Shown in pieces: positions 39,238 through 49,600 of a stretch of DNA of 64,000 nt. The DNA comes from a bacterium (GTDB taxonomy: Bacteria > Zixibacteria > MSB-5A5 > GN15 > FEB-12): NCBI GenBank assembly GCA_043811375.1, contig JBDRNJ010000039.1:64001-128000 (forward strand), in the 5' to 3' direction. The notes below the pieces were generated by a model. That model did not search any database. It was not told the DNA's origin and worked only from the letters and a program-made list of their open reading frames with translations. The position numbers and the translations under genes were made by a program. How positions within the stretch are numbered: the first letter of the stretch is position 1; every line of letters begins with the position of its first letter.

Positions 39238-40208
39238 GTTTCCCCGCCAGGCGTCTTAGAAGGCTGAGAAAAACCCGGCAGTTGCGGCAACTGGTGGCCG
39301 AAACCCGACTGTACCCGGCAGATTTCATTTATCCCATTTTCATAAGCGAGCTCGTCCAACGACCGGAGCCGGTGCCGTCGATGCCGGACATTTTCCGCTA
39401 TCCGCCCGAAGAGGCCGCCCGTGAAGCCGACCGCGTGTTCAAGCTCGGCATTCCGGCGGTGCTGTTGTTTGGCGCACCGCGCCACAAAGATGCCACCGGG
39501 TCATCGGCGCTCGGTTCGGACGGGATCGTTCAGAGGACTATAAGAGAGACGAAGTCTCTCAATCCCGATGGCGTGATAGTCACTGATGTTTGTCTGTGCG
39601 AGTACACTGATCATGGTCACTGCGGTGTTCTCAGTGGCGACAGTGTTGACAACGATGCCACGGTTGAAATCCTCGCCCGGCTGGCGCTCAGCCACGCCGA
39701 GGCCGGGGCCGATATAGTAGCGCCGTCGGATATGATGGACGGCCGGGTACGGGCGATCCGCACTGCTTTAGATGAAAGCGGCTACCGGGAGGTGGCCATC
39801 ATGTCGTACGCAGCCAAGTACTGTTCGGCTTTCTATGGACCGTTTCGAGATGCGGTCGGCTCGGCGCCGCAGTTCGGTGATCGCAGATCCTACCAGATGG
39901 ACCCGCCCAATGCCCGGGAAGCGCTTCAAGAGATTCAGCTTGATATCGAAGAGGGAGCTGACATCATCATGGTCAAACCGGCGCTGGCCTATCTGGATGT
40001 AATCCGTCGAGTCAGGGACAGGTTTGATCTGCCACTGGCGGCCTACAATGTCAGCGGTGAGTATGCTATGGCCAAACTGGCGGCTGAGCGGAATCTGGCC
40101 GACGAAAAGCAACTGGTCCTGGAGATCCTCACTTCCATTAAAAGAGCCGGCGCGGATATCATTATCTCCTACCATGCTCCCCAGGCCGCCCGCTGGCTGC
40201 GGGAGTGA
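39234..40208 (+). CDS. hemB: Porphobilinogen synthase (Zn-type)
   Basis: DVCLCEYTDHGHCG, APSDMMDGRV, FYGPFRDA, MVKPAL, YNVSGEY. Confidence 0.97.
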   Translation: MSFPARRLRRLRKTRQLRQLVAETRLYPADFIYPIFISELVQRPEPVPSMPDIFRYPPEEAAREADRVFKLGIPAVLLFGAPRHKDATGSSALGSDGIVQRTIRETKSLNPDGVIVTDVCLCEYTDHGHCGVLSGDSVDNDATVEILARLALSHAEAGADIVAPSDMMDGRVRAIRTALDESGYREVAIMSYAAKYCSAFYGPFRDAVGSAPQFGDRRSYQMDPPNAREALQEIQLDIEEGADIIMVKPALAYLDVIRRVRDRFDLPLAAYNVSGEYAMAKLAAERNLADEKQLVLEILTSIKRAGADIIISYHAPQAARWLRE

Positions 40209-40304
40209 CCGGTGGCATCACCAGTGGCATCGCCACATCTATTAGTGGCTTGCCACCCCCCCCCACTACGCGCGTTAGAATAATCACCTTTTGAGACAAC
40301 CTCT
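40209..40304. repeat. Dispersed composite repeat, copy A (copy B at 60059-60182)
   Basis: gtggcatcgccacatctat 40224-40242 is identical to 60062-60080; gcgttagaataatcaccttttgagaca 40272-40298 matches 60149-60175 at 25/27. Confidence 0.75.
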
Positions 40305-40398
40305 ATACTGTGGATCACCCGGCAGAGAATCCTTTAGTTTGACCTGCCGGTGCGCGGAGGTTTTATTACCGGGCAAATCATAAACCATGGACTGAAGA

Positions 40399-42681
40399 TT
40401 GAAGCTGCCCTTTCCACGCTCGACACGAACCCTGACGATCCTCGGCCTGCTGGTCATCTCGTTGGTGGTAGGTCTGAGTCTGTTCATTTCCTCGCTGCAG
40501 GGAAAGTCATTTAACGAAGAGCAACTGGTCTGGGACGCCATCTGGCTGGATGCCTGGGCGCTGCTGTTTGCCCTGACAGTATTGATCATCTGGGGCTCGC
40601 CTCTGAGCTGGCGGGTCAAGGCACCACTTCTGATCGGTACTTTTTCATGCTATGGGCTGGTTACGGTCAGTCTTTTCTTTAACGGCACACCCTTTGGGAT
40701 GAACGGCTGCTGGGGCGATCAGAAGTTCCGGATGGCGATGATCCTCAAATTCTCCACCTGGTGGATACCGGGAGATTTCTACTACAAGGATCTGCCCTCA
40801 TTCTATCCGCCGGTGTACTACTACCTGCTGTCATTGGGGGCGCGAATTCTGTCGGTAGAAGCATTCAAGATGATCAAGGTTGGCTCGATAGTGATCTACC
40901 TGGTGGGTCCAACCGTGCTATATCTGATGTGGCGACAGATGCTTTCGCGGAACCGGGCGCTGCTGGTGGTGCTGGCCACCTTTTTATTTTGTTCCCAAGG
41001 TAAGATCATGCCCCTGTCTGCTCCGCATGCCTTTGTGGCCAACGCCATGTTTATTCCCTGGTGGTTGTACTATATCGAGCAGGTGAAACGACCCTTAAGA
41101 GGCCGACGGCAGTATCTGGTCGGAGCTCTCATTGGCGCCGCCATCTTTTCAACCTACATCTACCCCTTCTTCATAGGAGCTTTTCTGCTGCTGCTGCGCG
41201 CTACGTTCCTGCGGAAATGGGTCGCCCGCGGTGAAAGTCAATTCCGGTGGAAATCGGCCCTGACCGTGCTGTCTTTTTCCGCCGTACTCTCCGCACCATT
41301 CTGGCTCCCCTTGTTGATTTCACTGATTACTTTCGGCAGCGGTGCCAGTGAGCGCGGGTGGCATCACATGGGCAGCACCGGGATACTATTTAGCTTCCAG
41401 AGTTTCTCCATTCCCGGTATGGCATTCCTGGCAGCGTTGTATTACCTGTTGCGACACCGGGTCTCTCCGGTGTATCGGGCTTTACTGATGTTAACCGGCG
41501 CCACGATGGTGTTCTATCTGCCGGGGGCTTTTCTGGGTGCGGTGGGGGAGCCGGTCAATCTGATCAAAGCCAATGAATTCATGATCGTGATGGCCGGGCC
41601 GGTAGTGGGTTTGGCGGCTGCCGCTATGGTGCGTGCCGGACGGCTCCACCATCGACGCGGCCTGGCGACAGTGGTAGTCATCGGCCTTTTGTCGTTGGTT
41701 TTTCTGCATAACTTCAATGGCTTGATTAAACATCCAATGGTCAAGACCGCCCGCACGACCCGTGCACCCGGATGCGGGGTCGACCCCGGCGAAATGTCCT
41801 CCCGTGTCGGCAGCGTCTTCCTGACTGCCCAGGAGGAGTTGTTTGCCTTCTATCCAGTGTATGCCTTCATTGCCATTAATCAACATTACTCGCACCCGGC
41901 CTCGCAGTATTTGGATCGCTACCGCATGCTCCATCTACTACAGGGTATCAGTGACCCCGGGCTGTTTCATCTGGCGTTGAGACACAATCGTTTTGATGCT
42001 GTGGACTACTTCCTGCCACGTCAAAAAGAGGGTCAGTTTCAGATACTGCTGGCGCTAAGCAATTACCCCAATCGCTACAGCCATCAGACCCTTGTTTACG
42101 ATACGACGCTTCTGTCCGACACCACGCTGTTCCGCAAAGAGAAGGGGGAGCATTTGTATAAGGTGTTAGACAATGCACAACAGGACAACCCGATTCCCGT
42201 CTCGACACCGTCTGACTGGCAACAATTGTTGCGGCTGCATCTGTTGCGCGGCTACCTGAATGATACCGGTCAAGAACTGCTCGACAAGCGTCTCGATATC
42301 GACCGGGCGGGTTGGCGGCGTCTCATTGATGATGAAACCGACAGATCGTTTGGAGACAGGATAGAACTATTGGATGCCTACGCTGTTCGTGATGGTGACA
42401 GCCTGCATCTCCTGCTGGCCTTTTATGTTGCCGATCATTTCTACAGTGACCAGAAGGTTTTTGTGCACCTGTACCCCGGTCATGGTGAGACGATGTTTGA
42501 CAACTTTGATTTCACTCCCACTCCGCCGGTACGAAGCTGGAAAAAGGGCGATATTGTTTTCAACAGGCGCACTATCCTTTGCAGCGAAGACTATGAAAGA
42601 CTCCGTCTCGGTTTTTTCTGGAAGGAACAGCGGTTGGGCAAGGGAGTATGGATGTCACTCAGGGGAACCTGTCGGGAGTAA
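40399..42681 (+). CDS. Arabinofuranosyltransferase AftA-like GT-C membrane glycosyltransferase
   Basis: GTPFG...GDQKFR...DFYYKDLPSFYPP resembles the AftA N-terminal motif; HYSHP; many TM segments and a C-terminal extracytoplasmic domain. Confidence 0.65.
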   Translation: MKLPFPRSTRTLTILGLLVISLVVGLSLFISSLQGKSFNEEQLVWDAIWLDAWALLFALTVLIIWGSPLSWRVKAPLLIGTFSCYGLVTVSLFFNGTPFGMNGCWGDQKFRMAMILKFSTWWIPGDFYYKDLPSFYPPVYYYLLSLGARILSVEAFKMIKVGSIVIYLVGPTVLYLMWRQMLSRNRALLVVLATFLFCSQGKIMPLSAPHAFVANAMFIPWWLYYIEQVKRPLRGRRQYLVGALIGAAIFSTYIYPFFIGAFLLLLRATFLRKWVARGESQFRWKSALTVLSFSAVLSAPFWLPLLISLITFGSGASERGWHHMGSTGILFSFQSFSIPGMAFLAALYYLLRHRVSPVYRALLMLTGATMVFYLPGAFLGAVGEPVNLIKANEFMIVMAGPVVGLAAAAMVRAGRLHHRRGLATVVVIGLLSLVFLHNFNGLIKHPMVKTARTTRAPGCGVDPGEMSSRVGSVFLTAQEELFAFYPVYAFIAINQHYSHPASQYLDRYRMLHLLQGISDPGLFHLALRHNRFDAVDYFLPRQKEGQFQILLALSNYPNRYSHQTLVYDTTLLSDTTLFRKEKGEHLYKVLDNAQQDNPIPVSTPSDWQQLLRLHLLRGYLNDTGQELLDKRLDIDRAGWRRLIDDETDRSFGDRIELLDAYAVRDGDSLHLLLAFYVADHFYSDQKVFVHLYPGHGETMFDNFDFTPTPPVRSWKKGDIVFNRRTILCSEDYERLRLGFFWKEQRLGKGVWMSLRGTCRE

Positions 42682-42683
42682 AG

Positions 42684-43193
42684 ATGCCTTACGAAATTGA
42701 AGTTGTCCGGGGCGATATCACCCACACCGACACCGAGGCAATCGTCAATGCCGCCAACAATCATTTTTGGATGGGTGCCGGGGTGGCCGGGGCGATCAAG
42801 CGGGCCGGTGGCGATGTTATCGAGTCCGAAGCGGTCAGGAAGGGTCCGGTCCTACCGGGGGAAGCGATTTATACCGGGGCCGGGCGACTACCGTATAAGG
42901 CCGTTATCCATGCCGCCGTGATGAGTCAGGACCTGCGCACCTCCGGTGAGTTTATCCGCCAGGCGACTATCGCCTGCCTCAATATCGTCGAGAAGCTTAG
43001 AATTCAGTCGGTCGCTTTTCCGGCTTTCGGTACTGGTGTGGGTCGGTTTCCAATGACCGCCTGTGCCAACGTTATGGTAAAAGCGGTGCGGGGCTACCAG
43101 TCACTATCGGAGCACGTCCGGCGCGTGCAGTTCTGCATGTTCGATGAGTTGGGGTATTCGGTGTTTAGTAAACGATTGCAGCGAGACGACTGA
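42684..43193 (+). CDS. Macrodomain protein (ADP-ribose binding/hydrolase, YmdB-like)
   Basis: GDIT, AIVNAAN, MGAGVAGAI, VIHAAV, FPAFGTGVG. Confidence 0.92.
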   Translation: MPYEIEVVRGDITHTDTEAIVNAANNHFWMGAGVAGAIKRAGGDVIESEAVRKGPVLPGEAIYTGAGRLPYKAVIHAAVMSQDLRTSGEFIRQATIACLNIVEKLRIQSVAFPAFGTGVGRFPMTACANVMVKAVRGYQSLSEHVRRVQFCMFDELGYSVFSKRLQRDD

Positions 43194-43215
43194 GCAACAG
43201 CCGAATTTCCGCCAC

Positions 43216-43749
43216 CTACCTTTTCCGGATTTTGAGCTGCCCGTCAAACTGAATCGGTGCACCGGAATCGTTTTGGTAGAGGCCGTGAATGGTGCCGAAG
43301 AGATGTTTGGAGGTAATAGAATCAACGACGAACGCTCCGGACTCGGGCAGAAATATCTTGGATTCGGTCGCAACGTCAAAACGACCCAGCAGGTGCACGA
43401 AAGAATTACCGGGCAGTTCGACCGTTCCGGCAACCGGCATCGGTGGTAACTGAAGGTACAACCGGCAGCGCAGGTACTCATCAAATCCGAGCGCAAAAAC
43501 TCGTTTATCATCAGGTTGCTGCCAGCGAGTACCGGTAGTCACCACGACAGTGGCTGCTTCGCCGGGGATTGTTTTCCGGCGGGCGTAGGGGTCGTTCAGG
43601 GCTGTGTCATACAGGAAAGAAGCCTCCTCCACTTTGATCTTTTTTCGGTAGCCCTCGCTGGTCAGGTACAGGTCGAGTCGGTAGCGGCTGGCGCAGCCGA
43701 TGAGCAGAGTCAGAGTACAGAGCAGACAAACAAATCGGGTAATAGTCAT
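43216..43749 (-). CDS. Hypothetical lipoprotein
   Basis: Signal peptide with lipobox LLIGC. Confidence 0.65.
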   Translation of the reverse strand: MTITRFVCLLCTLTLLIGCASRYRLDLYLTSEGYRKKIKVEEASFLYDTALNDPYARRKTIPGEAATVVVTTGTRWQQPDDKRVFALGFDEYLRCRLYLQLPPMPVAGTVELPGNSFVHLLGRFDVATESKIFLPESGAFVVDSITSKHLFGTIHGLYQNDSGAPIQFDGQLKIRKR

Positions 43750-43843
43750 GGAAGCTGTTCTTAAGATCATGTTAGAAGTTACCTGACTCATTGTCTGCTG
43801 TCAATCCCTTAGCCACCCTCCGGATCACCTGCCCCGCCGCCGT

Positions 43844-44971
43844 TTACAGGGGCATTTCCACGATGCGGTAACGCTTATATAACCGGGCGCCTAATTGTTC
43901 GACGCCGCGACGCATCAGATCGTTGGTTTCTAAAATCCACGACAACTCAGCCCAGGTGTAGCCCCTCTCGACACCGCGCTGATACGACCGTACATACAGC
44001 ATTGAATCAATCCCCCGCTTGCGGAACTGAGGGAGTATACCCAGCATGATGATCCGGCAGCCGTCGACTTTGTTTTTGATCTTGGTGTGCCACAACAGCT
44101 TCGGCAGCCCCAGCGGGAAGAGCTTTCCGTTCAGGTGGATCAGTGCCTGATTGATATTGGGGACAGCCAGCAAGAAGGCCACCGGCTGGCCGTCATGCTC
44201 GGCGATCAGCACCAGCTCAGGGTCGACAATCTGCTTAAGCTGGCGCGCCATGTGGAAAAACTCCTCTTCCGACATCGGCACAAACCCCCAATTTTTTTCC
44301 CAGGCGCTGCGGTAAATGCCGTTGATATGGCGCACTTCATTGTCAAAATCGGACATTCTGATGCTGCGCAGGGTAATGTGGGTGCGTTGCTGCATGCGGT
44401 CGACCACGGTCTGGATGCGCCGGGGGATGGGAACATCGTCGGTGAGTTTGTAGGCCAGCAGGTCCATCGTTTTTTTCAGGCCAAAGCGTTCGGCCAGTTT
44501 GGGCAGATACGGTTCATTAAAGGGCATCATAACCACCGGCGGGGAATCGAAACCTTCCACCAGGATACCGCACTCGTGGTTGGTGGAGAAGTTCATCGGT
44601 CCGCGCATTTTCTCCATGCCTTCCTTTTTGAGCGTGATCATGGCTACTTTCAGAAGAAGAGCAGACAACTCTTCGTCGTTGGGGCAATCGAAAAAGCCAA
44701 AAAAGCCGGTTTGCTCGCTATGGAATTCGTTGTGGCTGAAATTGACGCAGGTAGCGATACGGCCGACAATCTGCCCGTTGCGACGGGCCAGAAACAGCTT
44801 CACCCGTGCGGCGCGGTAGAAAGGATTCTTTTTAAAATCAAAAAACCCGGCGCGTTCGGATGTCAGCGGTGCTACATAGCAGGGATTGTCCCGGTAGAGT
44901 CGATTGGGAAAGGTCACGAATGCCCTCAATTGCGACCGTGACTCTACTTCGATTATTTCTATGCCGGACAT
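43844..44971 (-). CDS. GNAT-fold N-acyltransferase, bacterial ceramide synthase (bCerS)-like
   Basis: NPFY, VGRIA, GFFGFFD, RGPMNFSTN, AWEKNWGFVPMS, FRKRGID, ELSWILETN; 6 nt downstream of the spt-like gene. Confidence 0.72.
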   Translation of the reverse strand: MSGIEIIEVESRSQLRAFVTFPNRLYRDNPCYVAPLTSERAGFFDFKKNPFYRAARVKLFLARRNGQIVGRIATCVNFSHNEFHSEQTGFFGFFDCPNDEELSALLLKVAMITLKKEGMEKMRGPMNFSTNHECGILVEGFDSPPVVMMPFNEPYLPKLAERFGLKKTMDLLAYKLTDDVPIPRRIQTVVDRMQQRTHITLRSIRMSDFDNEVRHINGIYRSAWEKNWGFVPMSEEEFFHMARQLKQIVDPELVLIAEHDGQPVAFLLAVPNINQALIHLNGKLFPLGLPKLLWHTKIKNKVDGCRIIMLGILPQFRKRGIDSMLYVRSYQRGVERGYTWAELSWILETNDLMRRGVEQLGARLYKRYRIVEMPL

Positions 44972-44977
44972 ACTCTT

Positions 44978-46204
44978 CTATGAAATGAGTCCCTTTTCGC
45001 GGCCGACTCGAGCAACGACTTCCACTACCCGGTCGAGCTGAGCGTCGGTTTGAGTGGCCGTGTAGGAAGTACGGATCATCGCCTGGCCCGGTGGTACCGC
45101 CGGTGAAATGACCGGATTGGTGAAGACGCCGTTGTCGAACAGGGCTTTCCAGAAGGCGAAGGCATCCATGTCGCCGCCGATCACTATCGGGACAATGGGC
45201 GTCTCGGTGTTGCCGATATTAAAACCGAGTTTTTTGAATTCTCTCCGAATGCGACTACCATTCTTCAACACCTGCTCGCGTCGTTCCGGTTCGGACTCGA
45301 TGATGTCCAGAGCCGCCAGCACGGCGGCGGCGTTGGCCGGTGGAATGGAAGCGGAGAAAATCAGTGCCCGAGCCTTGTGCTTGATATATTCGATAACGTC
45401 CTTTTCTCCGGCAATCACCCCCCCCAGCGACGCGAACGATTTGGAGAAAGTCCCCATCTGCAGGTCAATCTTGTCCAGCAGCCCAAAGTGCTCGGCGGTC
45501 CCGGCGCCGGTCTCGCCCAGGACACCGATGGCGTGGGCATCGTCTACAAGTACCCGGGCGCCGTGTTCCTGTGCTATTTCGACCAGGCGGGGCAGGTTGA
45601 CTATATCGCCCTCCATGGAAAACACGCCGTCAACTGCTATCAGCACGCCGCCCCGGCTGTTAATCTTGCGGACATTGGTTATTACTCGCTGAAGGTCATC
45701 CATGTCATTATGCGCGAACTTGTAGACCTTGCCATAGGACAGACGGGCGCCGTCGACAATACAGGCATGAACCTGGCGGTCGATAATGACGGTATCACCT
45801 TTTCCTACCAATGTCGAGATAGCTCCTAAGTTAGTCTGAAAGCCGGTCGAGAACACCAGCGCCGCTTCTCGTTGGAGAAATGCCGCCAGCCGATGTTCGA
45901 GTTCCAGGTGCATATCCAGGGTGCCGTTAAGAAAGCGGGATCCGGTGCAACCGGAACCGAATTTCAAAGCGGCGTTGGCTGCCGCTTCTTTCACCCGCGG
46001 ATCATTGACCAGCCCCAGGTAGTTATTGGAACCGGCCATGATGACCTGCTTGCCGTCGATAACTACCTCATCACCGGGTGGTGATTGCAGCGGGTGGAAG
46101 TAGGGATAAATGCCCATCTCCCTTACCTTTTGCGGCTCGTCGTATTCAAAACACCGCTGGAAAAGATCGGAAAAGACGGACTCTGTCTTGTTTTCAGTCC
46201 GCAA
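44978..46204 (-). CDS. spt: Serine palmitoyltransferase-like alpha-oxoamine synthase
   Basis: IYPYF, GSNNYLGL, GSGCTGSRFLNGT, VDDAH, GTFSKS; probable TTG start at 46204 after AAGGAG. Confidence 0.75.
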   Translation of the reverse strand: MRTENKTESVFSDLFQRCFEYDEPQKVREMGIYPYFHPLQSPPGDEVVIDGKQVIMAGSNNYLGLVNDPRVKEAAANAALKFGSGCTGSRFLNGTLDMHLELEHRLAAFLQREAALVFSTGFQTNLGAISTLVGKGDTVIIDRQVHACIVDGARLSYGKVYKFAHNDMDDLQRVITNVRKINSRGGVLIAVDGVFSMEGDIVNLPRLVEIAQEHGARVLVDDAHAIGVLGETGAGTAEHFGLLDKIDLQMGTFSKSFASLGGVIAGEKDVIEYIKHKARALIFSASIPPANAAAVLAALDIIESEPERREQVLKNGSRIRREFKKLGFNIGNTETPIVPIVIGGDMDAFAFWKALFDNGVFTNPVISPAVPPGQAMIRTSYTATQTDAQLDRVVEVVARVGREKGLIS

Positions 46205-46335
46205 GCACGGCTCCTTGGATGGGGTCAGCAACTACTTGATCGCATCTGCAGATAAAACCATTTTGGATACGGTTTGTCAAGATAATAGCGGGTCTTGGTG
46301 GTCTCGGCTCCGGCTTCGATAGAGTGGTTTTTTCC

Positions 46336-46364
46336 TTGACTAAGCAGACCTAATTTGTTAACTT
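46336..46364 (+). promoter_or_regulatory. Sigma70-type promoter ahead of a leader of about 250 nt
   Basis: TTGACT 46336-46341, 17 nt, extended -10 TGn-TAACTT 46359-46364. Confidence 0.5.
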
Positions 46365-46624
46365 TATTATTATGATCAAGGTACCTGCCGCTGGCCAGGT
46401 ACCGATCACTGCGAGTTTGTGTTCTCGTTCTTTACTGGCATAAGGCAGTTATCTAGAAGTAAGGGTATCTAAAATCGTATCTGAGATCAAGAACAAAGTC
46501 AGGAAACGAACGAAGAAAATGAGAAGGAGGTGCTTATCGCATTAGGTAATCCATTATGATCACGGGTCGCTACGAGTGACCCATAACTTCAAGAGTAACT
46601 AATTTCGTTGGGAGAGGTAAACCA

Positions 46625-49600
46625 ATGGGTAAATTGAAAAAACGGATTCCAACTATGGTGTTGGCATTGTCAGCCTTGATACTTTTTGTGGTGGCTCTCA
46701 GTTTTGCCACTACTGAGGATCAAAAAGAGGATTATGTGCAGCAGCAAAATGCTGTACGTTCGACTTCACCGGCTGGATCGCTTGATCCCGATGTTGCCGC
46801 CAAGCTTGCCATGGAAGCTGAGATTCAGGCAAAGATTGAGGCTGAACAAGAAAGCGGCGGGGAAGATCCCCCCCCGGTGAAAGCCGCCTATTCGACAAAA
46901 GACAATAAAATCGGTATCAGCAGTATCGCGGGACACCCTGTCCTTAAGCGCGACCCCGGGAGTGTCCTGCTGACTGAAGATTTCGAGCTCGAAACCTTCC
47001 CGCCGGCAAGTTGGGATACGACCAACACCGATCCCGGCTACGGCTTTTTCCGTGGCTCCTGGACTGGCGGAGGTACCTACGCGGCTATGGTCACCTGGCA
47101 CGCTTCCGGCTACCAGCAAGACGAGTGGCTGCTTTCGCCGTCGATTAACGTTTCAGCGGCCAGCTCCGATCTGAAGCTTGAATTCTGGATGCTAAAAGGG
47201 TATTCCTGGCCCCACGACTTCAAAGTCTATGTGGACGACGGCTCAGGTATGACCGAGATATGGGATTCCTATGATGTCGCGTACCCTGATTTTGCGTGGT
47301 ACGCAGTAGCTATTGACCTGAGCAGCTACGCCGGAGGTTCCGATATCAAACTCGGTTTCCAGTATTATGGCGAGGATGCCGACCTGTTTGGCCTCGATGA
47401 TATCAATGTCAACGATGATGCTCCGCAAGTCGGTCGCTGCTGTTACGGCGATCCCGGGGCTCCCGACTGTGCTGATAACTTACAAACCGAGTGTGACGCC
47501 CTCAGCGGTACCTGGACTGCCGGTCTTAACTGCACTGATCCTTGTCCGGTTGCCGGCGCCAACGATGATTGTAACTCCGTTACTCCGGATGCGCTGCCGG
47601 CTACCTGGGTCGGCAATAACGAGGGCGCTACCTTCGATACGTATTGCCAGTGGTTCGGCGATTACCCGAATGTCTGGCATGCGTTTACTATTACTGAGTG
47701 TATGGACATTACCATTGACTACTGTGGCACAGCAGCCGGCTGGGGCAATGGCTGGCTGAACCTGGTAACGGACTGCGATTGCCCGGACGGCACGCTCCTG
47801 AGCTATTCAGGTTATGACTTTAACTGCGCCAACGGTAATCCACAGATTTACTTCAGTGGTCTGGAGGCCGGTACTTACTACTACCCGGTTATGCTTGATC
47901 CGGGCAATGGCGCCGTAGGTGACTATGAACTCTACGTCTACGGCGTTCCATGCCCGCCGGCGCCTGAAAATGACGACTGCGCCAGCGCTGAAGAGATCGG
48001 TGATGTCACCGACCAACCCTTCTCCACCACGACGGCAACCAATGACGGCGCTGGTTACACCACCGGTCCGAACCTCTGGTACTGTTACACCGCCACCTGT
48101 ACCGGCGACGCTACCGTCAGCCTGTGTGGTTCCAGCTATGACACGAAAGTAGCGGCCTATGACGGTTGTTCCTGTGATCCGCTGGGAACCCTGCTCGCTT
48201 CTAACGACGACTTCTGCAGCATGCAGTCGGAGATTACGTTCAGCGTTACTGAGGGTAATCAATACCTCATCGAAGTCGGTGGCTATGGTTCTGCTTCCGG
48301 CGATGGTCTGTTGTCTATTTCGTGTGAAGTGACCGGACCCGCTGAACCGGGTGACAACTGCAGCGACCCCATCAAGGTTGAGATCCCGTCGTTGCCATGG
48401 TGTGATAATGGTCAGACTACCTGCGGCCGCGGCAACAGTTATGAAGATCCGAGTGATGCCATCTGTATGGGCTACTATACCAACGGTGAAGACATCTTCT
48501 ACGAGATCGTTGTAACAACGGCGGTGACGGTGAACTTCCACCTGGATCCGAAGGGTACTTCGTACTCCGGTATGGGCTTGTTCACCTCTTGTCCGCCGAC
48601 TTTAACCAACTGCATCGACCATGTGACCAGTTCGTCGAGCTCGCCGAAGTCGATGACCTGCGTCAGTCTCGACCCCGGCACTTACTACCTGATGATCGAT
48701 ACCTGGTCGACCCCTTTCTGTATCCCAGATTTCGATCTGTGTATTGTCGATACCACCTGCGAGTCTCTTGGGAACGATGACTGCGCTGACGCCACTGAGA
48801 TTGGCGAGGTCGTTGACCTGGCCTTCTCGACCAGCTCGGCAACTAACGATGGTGGCGGCAGCTGCCAGTATGCACCGAACATCTGGTACTGCTACACTGC
48901 GACCCAGACCGGCAACGCCGTTATCAGCCTGTGCGGTTCCGGCTACGACACCAGGATGGCTGTCTACGACGGCTGCACCTGTGGTCCGCTGGGAACCGAA
49001 CTGGGTTGCAATGACGATGCCTGCGGCTTGCAGTCTGAGGTTACAATTCCGGTCGTGACCGGCAATTCTTACCTGGTCGAGGTTGGTGGTTACAGCAGTA
49101 ACACCGGCGACGGTATCCTCAACATTTCGGTTGAGCAACCGTGTGACATCGTCTGCAGCGGTACGGCAGAGGGCGAGCCATGTATTGGTAACGATGAAGA
49201 AGATGTCACCAATGGTGGCTGCAATTCCGATCCACCGGTGTTTGGCTCGATTGCCTGCGACGAGACGGTCTGTGGCCAGTGGAACACATACCTGTATGCA
49301 AGTTCCAATTACCGCGACACCGACTGGTACAAGTTTACGCTGACACAGTTCTCCGACGTGACTATCACTGCTGTGGGTGAATTCCCGATCGTAACCGGAT
49401 TCCTCGAGCAAGTAGTTCCTGGTGGTGGTTGGGACTGCACTAATTTCACCGGCTACATCAGCCCGTACTTAACGGCTGATGAATGTGATACGATTGTTGT
49501 ACAGCAACTTGCAATGGCTCCCGGTGACTACGCAATCTTTGTCGGCGGTCAGGTGTACACCGGCTTTGGCTGCGCACAGGGTACCTTTGAATACTCCATC

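Noticed and set aside
44978..46231. bioF (8-amino-7-oxononanoate synthase)
   Set aside because: No biotin genes nearby; the motifs and the bCerS-like neighbour fit Spt better, though phylogeny is still needed
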